Positions 19,578 to 28,226 of a DNA stretch of 64,000 nucleotides are shown here, one piece after another; within the stretch, counting starts at the first letter, position 1; every line of letters starts with the position of its first letter. Below the pieces are notes generated by a model that had not been told where the DNA came from, made no database searches, and worked only from the letters and a program-made list of their open reading frames with translations. Both the position numbers and the translations under genes were made by a program. Origin of the DNA: an uncultured Gammaproteobacteria bacterium (GTDB taxonomy: Bacteria > Patescibacteriota > Microgenomatia > Levybacterales > GWA1-39-11); NCBI GenBank assembly GCA_964485575.1, contig CAZAJO010000006.1:8990-72989 (forward strand), written 5' to 3'.

Positions 19578-20792
19578 ATGAATAGACCATATTACAAAAA
19601 GCAAAGAAACAATAACAATAACTCTGGAAGAGGTGGATACAACCGTGGTCCAAGACCTGCTTTTGGACAAAGCAATGGTCGGAAGATGTCCACATTCAAC
19701 CCTTCCCATCTCGTATCTGAAGCTAAGGAATTTGAGCCCCAGGAAGTATTTGTGCCAACTCACCAATTTGCTGATTTCGATCTAGATACCCGTTTAAAAC
19801 TCAACATAAATGCAAAAAATTATGTTACACCTACTCCTATTCAAGATCAGGCAATCCCTGCAATGCTTGAGGGACGAGACGTTATTGGGATAGCAAATAC
19901 CGGAACTGGAAAGACGGCGGCTTTCCTTATTCCCCTAATTGATAAAGTTCTTAAAAATAGGAATAAAAAAGTCATAATACTTGCTCCGACAAGAGAACTT
20001 GCCGTCCAGATAAGGGATGAATTTGAAGAGTTTAGTCGTGGAATGAATATGTACTCAGTGCTTCTTATCGGTGGAGTTAAAAGTTTTAGGCAGAAGCAAG
20101 ATCTAAGACGAGAATTCAATTTTGTCATAGGAACACCAGGACGCGTAAAAGACATGATTAAGGAAAGACAACTGAGACTTGATCAATTTGACAGCGTTGT
20201 TTTAGACGAGGCAGATCATATGGTTGATATCGGATTTATCCACGATGTAAAATTCTTTATATCTCTACTTCCGCATAACCGTCAGTCGCTTTTCTTTTCT
20301 GCAACAATTGATGGTAGCGTTAAGGAAATATTGGCTGCATTCGTTAAAAACCCAGTTACAGTATCGGTCAAAACCCATGACACGGTGGATGCTATTTCGC
20401 AGGATGTTATAAAAGTAGAAAGTCAAAACAAAAAGATTGACCAACTGCATGATCTGTTAATCCAAAAGAATTATGAGAAAGTTATTATTTTTGGAAGAAC
20501 AAAATGGGGAGTACAAAAAGTCAGTGATGAATTAGTGAGGCGCGGATTTAGAGCTGGTGCAATACATGGTAATAAGAATCAGAATCAAAGACAAAGAACT
20601 CTTACTATGTTCAAGAGAAACGAGATTTCAATTCTCCTGGCAACAGACGTTGCTGCTCGAGGTTTGGACATTGATGATGTCTCACACGTTATAAATTATG
20701 ATATGCCAGCTTCTTATGAGGATTATATTCACAGAATAGGTCGTACTGGACGCGCCAACAAGAAAGGTACTGCTCTTACATTTGTAGGCTAG
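19578..20792 (+). CDS. DEAD-box ATP-dependent RNA helicase with N-terminal Asn/Arg/Gly-rich extension
   Basis: Q motif (PTPIQDQ), motif I ANTGTGKTAAF, motif II (degenerate DEAD; this sequence has DEADH) VLDEADHM, motif III SAT, motifs V-VI (ARGLDI, HRIGRTGR). Confidence 0.9.
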   Translation: MNRPYYKKQRNNNNNSGRGGYNRGPRPAFGQSNGRKMSTFNPSHLVSEAKEFEPQEVFVPTHQFADFDLDTRLKLNINAKNYVTPTPIQDQAIPAMLEGRDVIGIANTGTGKTAAFLIPLIDKVLKNRNKKVIILAPTRELAVQIRDEFEEFSRGMNMYSVLLIGGVKSFRQKQDLRREFNFVIGTPGRVKDMIKERQLRLDQFDSVVLDEADHMVDIGFIHDVKFFISLLPHNRQSLFFSATIDGSVKEILAAFVKNPVTVSVKTHDTVDAISQDVIKVESQNKKIDQLHDLLIQKNYEKVIIFGRTKWGVQKVSDELVRRGFRAGAIHGNKNQNQRQRTLTMFKRNEISILLATDVAARGLDIDDVSHVINYDMPASYEDYIHRIGRTGRANKKGTALTFVG

Positions 20793-21434
20793 CTAAGGCC
20801 TTTGCATGATCAAAGCTTCTGTTCTCCAAATTTTCGTTCTTCCTGCAATATGAGGATCGTCGTGGTTTTCAGGATGAAAAACAGCGCTTTTTCGCTCAAA
20901 AGTCGTAAAGTCACCTTTTCTGAATACGCATTTATATTCCGGATCTTTTGAATACATTCCTTTTCTCGATTCTGCTGTGAGCACTGGGAAATGAAAGGCC
21001 CAATCTATAGAGTTTCCTTTCGGACTATACCTAAATTGAAAGCGACTAACATAATCCCCTTCTCTTTCAAAAAAAGTATACTTGTAAGAAGCGTCTTCCT
21101 CTATTTTCTCGCACGAATAGGTTATTCCTTCAGGTCTGTTGTCGCTAACTGCTAAGTAAATAATTCCTGCCCAATAGTTCCACAGGAGTTGTCTTTGTTC
21201 CTCTTGTCTTTTGTCGTAATCGGAAACTACAGCGTTGTCCCTACTCTCAGGTGATAATGCTTCCCATGCGTTATTGAGTAACTGAATACCAGATTGCGAT
21301 GCTGCTTCGATGCACTCTTTTTCAGGCAATTCTGTCCACGCTCCAGGAAATTTGCGGATCAATTGTGGGTCTGTAGGATTACAAACAAAATGTTCGAAGC
21401 CAAAAAGAACGCCTTGATCTACTTGCTCCTTCAT
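20793..21434 (-). CDS. hypothetical protein
   Basis: 213-aa ORF, no motif. Confidence 0.45.
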   Translation of the reverse strand: MKEQVDQGVLFGFEHFVCNPTDPQLIRKFPGAWTELPEKECIEAASQSGIQLLNNAWEALSPESRDNAVVSDYDKRQEEQRQLLWNYWAGIIYLAVSDNRPEGITYSCEKIEEDASYKYTFFEREGDYVSRFQFRYSPKGNSIDWAFHFPVLTAESRKGMYSKDPEYKCVFRKGDFTTFERKSAVFHPENHDDPHIAGRTKIWRTEALIMQRP

Positions 21435-21685
21435 TTACCCTGGATTAAAGCCCTTTTTTCATTTCTTGTCAATTGTTTTAATTCATATTCACGTTGAAGA
21501 GCTTTTGTTTGGTTATCTACCATTTCATAGTAGACCAAAAAAACCGGACGCCTACCAGAGGTATACTTTGCACCTCCAGATATCGCTCCGTTATGTGATT
21601 TCAACCGTTTGACAAGGTCTACTGTTTTGCCGGTGTAGAAAGTTCCGTCGTTACACTCTACAATATAAACATAGTAATTTTTCAT
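21431..21685 (-). CDS. GIY-YIG nuclease family protein (UPF0213-like)
   Basis: YVYIVECNDGTFYTGKTVDLVKRLKSHN...EYELKQL is the GIY-YIG signature. Confidence 0.8.
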   Translation of the reverse strand: MKNYYVYIVECNDGTFYTGKTVDLVKRLKSHNGAISGGAKYTSGRRPVFLVYYEMVDNQTKALQREYELKQLTRNEKRALIQGK

Positions 21686-21747
21686 AGAATATATTAAGCC
21701 TCTTTTCAGTCTACCTCTCTATAGTTGATTCTTAGTATAATCCAAAT

Positions 21748-22197
21748 ATGCGAAAATACTTACAGATCTCAGTAGTTATTTTAATTATCCTTCTTGCCGC
21801 ATATTTTAAAAACACGCCAGATAATGATGAGGACGAAAAAATAAATATTCAAGCACCTTCTCCAACAACAGTCTCAACTGTTACTGTAAGTCCAACTACT
21901 TCGGTTAGCTCTTCAAAATACAAAGATGGGGTATATGATGGAAGCATAGAAGACGCAGTTTATGGAGATCTTCAAGTGGAAGTTGTTATTGCGGGTGGTA
22001 GGATAACAGATGTTAGTGAGTTGATGTACCCTGACGATAATCACACGTCAATTGCAATAAACAAACAAGCTCTTACTATTCTAAAACAAGAGGCTATTGA
22101 TAGACAAAGTTTTGATGTAGATATAGTTACTGGCGCATCTGACTCAGCTCCTGCATTTGCAAGATCGTTGGAAGTAGCACTAAGTAAAGCTTTGTAG
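21748..22197 (+). CDS. FMN-binding domain protein (NqrC/RnfG-like), membrane anchored, with flavinylation motif
   Basis: N-terminal TM anchor, Thr/Ser/Pro linker, FMN_bind-like domain ending ..QSFDVDIVTGASDSA. DIVTGAS (nt 22120-22140) fits the Dxx(s/t)gA(T/S) ApbE-dependent flavinylation motif. Confidence 0.7.
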   Translation: MRKYLQISVVILIILLAAYFKNTPDNDEDEKINIQAPSPTTVSTVTVSPTTSVSSSKYKDGVYDGSIEDAVYGDLQVEVVIAGGRITDVSELMYPDDNHTSIAINKQALTILKQEAIDRQSFDVDIVTGASDSAPAFARSLEVALSKAL

Positions 22198-22222
22198 AGT
22201 TTTTCTATACCAGATAACTCTT

Positions 22223-22250
22223 GCTCAAATTTCCAACTGAAAATTTGAGC
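22223..22250 (+). terminator. perfect 10-bp inverted repeat hairpin (GCTCAAATTT-N8-AAATTTGAGC)
   Basis: Sits 26 nt after the FMN_bind stop codon, before a TATAAT-like box upstream of apbE. Terminator or attenuator lacking a clear U-tract. Confidence 0.4.
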
Positions 22251-22312
22251 TGAGACTCTCGGTATAATACTCGTTCAAGGACTTATATTTTGATAACATA
22301 GGAACTCGTATT

Positions 22313-23047
22313 ATGAAGGTAACAGAAGGAATCATGGGAATGAGTGTTGCTGTTGAAGTACTTGACGAATGTGATGGTTCTGATGTTGATGAAATATTGG
22401 ATTACTTCCATGAAGTTGACGAGATGTTCAGCACATACAAAAGAACGAGCGAGATAAGTAAAATCAACAGGAAGGAGCTTCGTATAGAGGATGCGAGTCC
22501 AGATGTTAAAAAAATTCTTAGACTTTGTGAAGAGACAAGGAGTCTGACTCATGGGTATTTTGATATTCACGTAGAGGGAGTTCTGGATCCATCCGGCCTT
22601 GTTAAGGGGTATGCTATCTCCGAAGCGTCAAAAAGACTGATAAAAAAAGGTTACAAGAACTTTTATATTGAAATCGGAGGAGATATCGATATTCATGGGT
22701 TGAAGAATGGACAAAAATGGAAGGTTGGAGTGCGGGACCCAAGAGACACAACTACTACTAAAGGAGTTTTGCATTTGACTAACGTTGGGATAGCAACTTC
22801 GGGAACTTACGAACGTGGAATGCATATATATGATCCTATTAAAAAGAAGCTAGCAAATGAAGTCTCAAGCCTTACTGTTATTGGTCCGGATGTATATGAA
22901 GCTGATAGATTTGCAACGGCCGCGTATGCTATGGGCAAGAAAGGAATTGATTTTTTAGATACAATAGAAGGTGTTGAAGGATATATGATCGCGCGTGACG
23001 GAAAAGAATATTTGACTGAAGGCTTTCGTAATTATCTTAAAAGATGA
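22313..23047 (+). CDS. apbE: FAD:protein FMN transferase (ApbE family)
   Basis: ..IHVEGVLDPSGLVKGYAISEA...IEIGGDI...GIATSGTYERGMHIYDP...ADRFATAAY is the ApbE signature. Short (244 aa) version. Confidence 0.8.
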   Translation: MKVTEGIMGMSVAVEVLDECDGSDVDEILDYFHEVDEMFSTYKRTSEISKINRKELRIEDASPDVKKILRLCEETRSLTHGYFDIHVEGVLDPSGLVKGYAISEASKRLIKKGYKNFYIEIGGDIDIHGLKNGQKWKVGVRDPRDTTTTKGVLHLTNVGIATSGTYERGMHIYDPIKKKLANEVSSLTVIGPDVYEADRFATAAYAMGKKGIDFLDTIEGVEGYMIARDGKEYLTEGFRNYLKR

Positions 23048-24579
23048 AATATATAGACGCACTTCTCAATAGAATTACGATGTATAGGCTAGTCCTCTAT
23101 GTTCTAATCTCGTGGGTTGGGATTGGTGCTGTGTTGGGATTTTTAGACAGCATTCCATACAAAGGATTTGATATTTTAATGACAGCTTCAATAGCAGTCA
23201 TTTCTTGCTTTATAACAAATTACCTCTTCTCAAAGGTATTTAATGCAGTTACTAATATAGAGTCCGTTTTTGTGACCGCACTTATCCTGACGCTTATTTT
23301 TCCAATAGCTTTCCCTTCAAGTCTTGCTCCACTTGTTGTGGTATCAGTAATTGCTATGGCATCAAAATATCTTTTGACCATCGAAAAAAGACATATATTT
23401 AACCCAGCAGCAGTTGCTGTCCTTGTTGTTGGTTATTTTGCCCCCGACTACTCAGCTATCTGGTGGATCGGATCAAATGCCATTATCATACCTGTCTTTA
23501 TTGGCGGGTTCTTGATCATAAGAAAAATAAGAAGAGAAGATCTAGTATTGTCATTTCTTCTTACATTCCTACTCATGAGCGGAATCGGAAGTTATCTTAA
23601 CAATGGTTCAGTAGATTCTATTCTAAACGTCTGGAGGCAAAGTCTTCTTTCCTCTGCTCTAATATTCTTCGCTTTCGTGATGCTCACAGAACCACTTACT
23701 TCTCCTACTACAAAAAAGTTTCAACGATTTTACGCAATTATTGTTGCTATTTTGTATAGTAGTCCCCTTCTGAGACTTGGAATCTTTGCTATTACACCGG
23801 AGATGGCACTTGTTGGTGGAAATATATTTTCATTTATCGTAAGTCCAAAATATAGGCTTCTTCTAACGCTTCAAAGAAAAATTAAACTTTCTGATGACAC
23901 ATTCCTTTTTGATTTTGGTTCTATAAAAAAATTCCAGTTTGTGCCCGGCCAATATTTGGAATGGACGCTTCCGCATTCGCATGTAGATTCAAGGGGAAAC
24001 CGTCGATACTTCAGTATTGCCTCAGGCAAGAATGAGAATCTCATGATGGCAGTTAAATTCTACAAGCCTTCAAGTAGTTATAAAAATGCTCTTTTGAATT
24101 TGCAGCCTGGTGAAAAGATGATAGCAACAAGTCTTGCTGGGGATTTTGTCCGCCCTAAAAACCCATCTATTCCGCTCGTTTTTATCGCAGGTGGAATTGG
24201 AATAACTCCCTTCAGAAGCATGATCGAAGACATCATAGAAAAAAAACAAAATGTTAATATCGCATTGCTTTTTGCTAATAAAAATGAGAGTGACATTGTT
24301 TTTAAAGAAGATTTGGAGAAAGCGAGAAATTTTGGAGTTAAGACGCATTATATCTTGACTGACAAAGACAAAACTCCGTCGACCTGGAATGGGCTCAGAG
24401 GTCATATTGATAGTGATATGGTTAAAAAACTCTTGCCTGATTTTCAGAAAAGAGTTTTCTTTATTTCTGGGCCACAGCTTATGGTGCAGAATTTCGAAAA
24501 AATGCTTAGAACTATGGGTGTCAGAAAAAGTAACATTAAGTCCGATTTTTTCCCTGGCTACAAAGAAACAGTAGCATAA
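23044..24579 (+). CDS. RnfD/NqrB-like membrane domain fused to FNR-like FAD/NAD(P)H-binding oxidoreductase domain
   Basis: ATGA overlap with apbE stop. N-terminal roughly 290 aa with about 9 TM containing HIFNPAAVAVL and MLTEPLTSPTT. From memory these correspond to E. coli RsxD NPFNPAM and LTDPVTASTT, the latter the FMN-threonine region. C-terminal about 220 aa carries RRYFSIAS (RxYS FAD motif), GGIGITP (NAD(P) GxGxxP) and FISGP. Confidence 0.65.
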   Translation: MKYIDALLNRITMYRLVLYVLISWVGIGAVLGFLDSIPYKGFDILMTASIAVISCFITNYLFSKVFNAVTNIESVFVTALILTLIFPIAFPSSLAPLVVVSVIAMASKYLLTIEKRHIFNPAAVAVLVVGYFAPDYSAIWWIGSNAIIIPVFIGGFLIIRKIRREDLVLSFLLTFLLMSGIGSYLNNGSVDSILNVWRQSLLSSALIFFAFVMLTEPLTSPTTKKFQRFYAIIVAILYSSPLLRLGIFAITPEMALVGGNIFSFIVSPKYRLLLTLQRKIKLSDDTFLFDFGSIKKFQFVPGQYLEWTLPHSHVDSRGNRRYFSIASGKNENLMMAVKFYKPSSSYKNALLNLQPGEKMIATSLAGDFVRPKNPSIPLVFIAGGIGITPFRSMIEDIIEKKQNVNIALLFANKNESDIVFKEDLEKARNFGVKTHYILTDKDKTPSTWNGLRGHIDSDMVKKLLPDFQKRVFFISGPQLMVQNFEKMLRTMGVRKSNIKSDFFPGYKETVA

Positions 24580-24633
24580 ATCGATTGCTTTTGAGCACGA
24601 AATGTGCTATAATACTTCAAACCCTCTCAAACT

Positions 24634-24906
24634 ATGCAATCCCATAATTCAAATCCATGTACCCGTTGCGGGAAAGAAAGAATTGAAGGAAAAAAGTGGA
24701 AAGAAGAGATAGCTACTTTTTTTGGAACCTCTACAATCATTCATCAAGATACTATTTGCCCTGATCCGGAGTGTCAAAAAATCGTTGAAGAAAAATTAGA
24801 ACAGCAAAAACAGAAGTCAGACGAATTAAAGCAAGAAAAGCAAAAAAAGGTGGATATAGCAACAGCTGCACGAAAGTTAAAAGCACTACAAAACCTCAAG
24901 AACTAA
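24634..24906 (+). CDS. small Cys-pair (zinc-ribbon-like) coiled-coil protein
   Basis: CTRCG...CPDPEC, then a Lys/Gln/Glu-rich helix. Confidence 0.4.
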   Translation: MQSHNSNPCTRCGKERIEGKKWKEEIATFFGTSTIIHQDTICPDPECQKIVEEKLEQQKQKSDELKQEKQKKVDIATAARKLKALQNLKN

Positions 24907-25399
24907 TACGTTTATATACCAGAAATATGGTTACACCCGCGATCAACACGAGATACACATAAGTGACGTAATTTGCTATTCCTGAATTGTTTTTTGTGTC
25001 CATAATGCTTTTCCCTACCTCAAGCTCAAGTTCGGTAAAAAACCCAGGAGATTTACTGTCAAAGATAATGTAATAAGTGCCTTCTTTGTCAAATGTCACA
25101 GTAGCTGATGCATTGTAGAGGCTACTCGTTCTTTTTACCTCCGTAACTGGTTTTGTGAGAAGTTTTTTGCGATCTCTGTAAATTGTAATTGTGCAATCAC
25201 AGTCTTTTACATTAAATTCTTTTGAAGAGTCATCAATCTGGAAGTGTAAAACGGTTTCTTGATTGATAAGTGGTCTATCATCGGGTTCTGCGTGCATGAG
25301 AACTTTAATAGATCCCACTCCTTCAGCGGTATGGGCGTGCACACTCTCTTTGTTAAAAAGGAAAATGCAGAGGACAAACAGAAAAATTATTTTTTTCAT
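24896..25399 (-). CDS. secreted protein with C-terminal TM anchor, predicted mature N-terminus at His
   Basis: Signal peptide ..FNKESVHA then HTAEG... C-terminal TM YVYLVLIAGVTIFLVY. The His-start could be a metal-binding (His-brace-like) feature; this is speculative. Confidence 0.4.
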   Translation of the reverse strand: MKKIIFLFVLCIFLFNKESVHAHTAEGVGSIKVLMHAEPDDRPLINQETVLHFQIDDSSKEFNVKDCDCTITIYRDRKKLLTKPVTEVKRTSSLYNASATVTFDKEGTYYIIFDSKSPGFFTELELEVGKSIMDTKNNSGIANYVTYVYLVLIAGVTIFLVYKRISS

Positions 25400-26316
25400 C
25401 TTTCGATTATACCGTATGAATTGAGAAGTGTACTTACCGTAACAAATTCAAAACCTTTTTCTCTTAAAATATTTATGATTTGTGGAACTGCAATGTAGTC
25501 GACAGGTTCATTGGGAAATCCGTTCATGTGCATGACTATTATTGAACCATTTCTTGTATTACTCACGACGTTATTTATTATAGCCTCCGAATTCGGATTG
25601 AATCCATCATTTGCAACCACATCCCACTGGATTGCAGTCATTCCCGCTTTTTTTAAAAGGTCAAGGTCTTCAATCTTGTAGCATCCTCCCGGAAATCGGA
25701 ACAATTTTGTTTTTACTCCTGTGTAATGCTGGAGTAAAAATTGTGACGTTCCCAGATCTTGAATTTTTTCAGTATCTTCAAGGGATGGTAATCCAAAGCA
25801 GTCGTTGGTAAATGCCTTGTGTGCATACGAATGGCTAGCAATCTCAAATAATGGATCATTTGCAAGGTCTTTCGCTTCTTGAGGATAAACTTCGGTCCAC
25901 ATTCCGGCAATAAACAGCGTTGCGGGGGTTTTAAGAGCTCTTAACGTTTCAATCATTTTAGAGTCATAATAACTTTGCACGTGCCCACCTTTAAGAGACT
26001 GAACCATCCCTTCAGTCATGTCCGCATCAAAAGTCAAAGCAATCATCCTTTTGTTCCGGTCTCCATGAAAAACCATCCCCTTTTTTTGTGCTAGAAAGTG
26101 GTTTTGGTAGATCAACTCTTTCTTCCAGTCCACTTCTCTTACATATTCTTGTTGCTTGTATAAATTAGTCATAAAAAAAGGAAGACTGGAGCTTTGGGGA
26201 GACAGAAAAAATACGGAAAAATTAAACACAATAAGTAATGGAAGTAGGACGATGTATGTATAAAGAAAAGAGTTGTCTTTTATTTTTTTTCTACTATTCT
26301 TCGCTCTTTTTTTCAT
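25396..26316 (-). CDS. polysaccharide deacetylase family protein (NodB homology domain)
   Basis: IALTFDADM..., ASHSYAH and a His-rich metal site, with an N-terminal TM. Confidence 0.7.
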   Translation of the reverse strand: MKKRAKNSRKKIKDNSFLYTYIVLLPLLIVFNFSVFFLSPQSSSLPFFMTNLYKQQEYVREVDWKKELIYQNHFLAQKKGMVFHGDRNKRMIALTFDADMTEGMVQSLKGGHVQSYYDSKMIETLRALKTPATLFIAGMWTEVYPQEAKDLANDPLFEIASHSYAHKAFTNDCFGLPSLEDTEKIQDLGTSQFLLQHYTGVKTKLFRFPGGCYKIEDLDLLKKAGMTAIQWDVVANDGFNPNSEAIINNVVSNTRNGSIIVMHMNGFPNEPVDYIAVPQIINILREKGFEFVTVSTLLNSYGIIER

Positions 26317-26391
26317 TGAACCATTCTAATCTTTTGAATTAATTCCAGTCAATACACTAATTATGATATTATTGCCTTAAAGTCCATTAAT

Positions 26392-28176
26392 ATGTTTTTT
26401 CCCAAGTTACTTTCTTATGTCAGGTCTTTTTTTCTGCCTTTTTTGGTAGTTGTCGGTCTTATCGCGTACCTTATCTTAAGTTTTGGAAATTTCACAACCT
26501 TATCAATTATCATTGCATATGCATCAATCCTTTTAGGTTCATACCCTCTCATAGCTGAGTCTATTGAGGACATAAAAAATAGACAGTTTGGATTAGACTA
26601 CATCGCGATACTAGCTATAGCTGTAGCCCTTATAACTCATGAATATTTGGTTGGGATCATTCTCGGACTCATGCTTGCGACCGGCAGAAATTTAGAGGAT
26701 TTTGCATCAAAACTTGCTAAAAAGTCTCTCAGTAGTTTGGCTGAAAGAATACCTCATGATATTGGAGTTGAAGATAATGGAACTGTTATGAGTAAGTCAG
26801 TAGGTTCAATAAGTATTAACGAGATAATTGTTGTGAGAAAAGGGGAAGTAATACCTCTTGATGGTTTATTGCTCTCTCCAACAGCTGTTGTTGACGAATC
26901 AAGTCTCACCGGTGAGGCATTTCCGGCAGATAAATATAGTGGGGACCTATTAAGGTCAGGAATTCTCAATCTTGAGTCAGTGATACGCGTAAAAGTCACC
27001 AAGTCCGAGAAAGATTCAACCTATAAAAAAATAGTGCAACTCGTTGAAAGGGCACAGAGTGAAAAAGCACCACTTGTGAGACTTGCTGACAAATATAGTC
27101 TGTATTTTACAGTGATAACTCTTATCATTAGTGGCTTTGCATATCTTTTGCATCCTAACTTGGAAGCAATTCTAGCTGTATTGGTTGTTGCGACTCCTTG
27201 CCCATTGATACTCGCAACCCCAATCGCATTAATTGGTGGAATGAATGCTCAAGCTCGAAAAAGAATCATCATTAAAAAACTTGCTAGCATCGAATCCTTG
27301 TCGCGGGTGGACACTATAATTTTTGATAAAACAGGTACTCTCACACTTGGAAAACCACACGTTGCTAAATTTGTTCTGCACGAAAAAATTGATAGAAATC
27401 GCCTTTTATCTATAGCCGGATCAATAGAACGCAATTCACTACACCCCTTAGCAAAAGCAATTGTTGACTATACTGCCAAAGGTCCAACAATAGAAGTCTC
27501 TGACGTAGCAGAGGTTGTGGGAAAAGGTATCTCAGGAGTTGTTGATGGGAAAAAATATCTATTAGCAAAAATGGATTCCTCAGATGCGGCAATGAGAATT
27601 GGGATCTTTAAGGATAAAACCGTTTTAGGAGAATTTGTTTTTGAAGATCAACTGAAGGTAGAGTCAAAAAAAACGATTGAGAGCTTAAGAAACTTAAACA
27701 TGACTATAAAAATATTTACAGGAGACAAGCTGCGTACAGCGGTTGAATTGGTAAAAAAGATAGGAATAGAGATCGAAGTTAAGGCAGGTCTAAAGCCTGA
27801 GGACAAGCAAAAGGGTATCGAAGATCTTAAGCGCGAAGGAAGGACTGTTGCTATGGTTGGAGATGGAATAAATGACGCTCCTGCACTTGCTCTTTCTGAT
27901 GTAGGAATGGTTTTTGCAAATGATGAGCAAACTGCTGCTTCAGAAGCAGCTGATATTGTACTTCTCGGTGGTAACTTTTCCTCCGTACTCTATTCTATCC
28001 TTAGTGCGAAGAGGACAATTTCAATAGCAAAGCAAAGCATTTTGTGGGGAATTGGACTTAGTATCTTGTGTATGATCCTAGCAGCGTTAGGTTACATTCC
28101 CCCACTGGCCGGATCTTTGATACAAGAAGGCATAGACGTAGCTGTCATCCTCAACGCCTTAAGAGCTGCAAGATGA
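26392..28176 (+). CDS. heavy-metal translocating P1B-type ATPase without N-terminal metal-binding domain
   Basis: TM6 TPCP motif (ATPCPLILATP), phosphorylation DKTGTLT, GDGINDAP hinge. No CxxC HMA domain at the N-terminus. Confidence 0.85.
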   Translation: MFFPKLLSYVRSFFLPFLVVVGLIAYLILSFGNFTTLSIIIAYASILLGSYPLIAESIEDIKNRQFGLDYIAILAIAVALITHEYLVGIILGLMLATGRNLEDFASKLAKKSLSSLAERIPHDIGVEDNGTVMSKSVGSISINEIIVVRKGEVIPLDGLLLSPTAVVDESSLTGEAFPADKYSGDLLRSGILNLESVIRVKVTKSEKDSTYKKIVQLVERAQSEKAPLVRLADKYSLYFTVITLIISGFAYLLHPNLEAILAVLVVATPCPLILATPIALIGGMNAQARKRIIIKKLASIESLSRVDTIIFDKTGTLTLGKPHVAKFVLHEKIDRNRLLSIAGSIERNSLHPLAKAIVDYTAKGPTIEVSDVAEVVGKGISGVVDGKKYLLAKMDSSDAAMRIGIFKDKTVLGEFVFEDQLKVESKKTIESLRNLNMTIKIFTGDKLRTAVELVKKIGIEIEVKAGLKPEDKQKGIEDLKREGRTVAMVGDGINDAPALALSDVGMVFANDEQTAASEAADIVLLGGNFSSVLYSILSAKRTISIAKQSILWGIGLSILCMILAALGYIPPLAGSLIQEGIDVAVILNALRAAR

Positions 28177-28226
28177 AGTGGGACCCATTCTAGCTCATAA
28201 TTTTAGAAGGGTCGCTACAACCAGAT

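Noticed and set aside
19578-19700. Asn-codon repeat (aacaataacaataacaataac) at the 5' end of the DEAD-box helicase as a possible mobile or repeat element
   Set aside because: In-frame low-complexity N-terminal extension (NNNNNSGRGGYNRG) of a bona fide helicase. Not an independent repeat element.
24070-24405. Minus-strand ORFs inside the RnfD::FNR fusion gene
   Set aside because: Antisense to a gene with clear FNR motifs.
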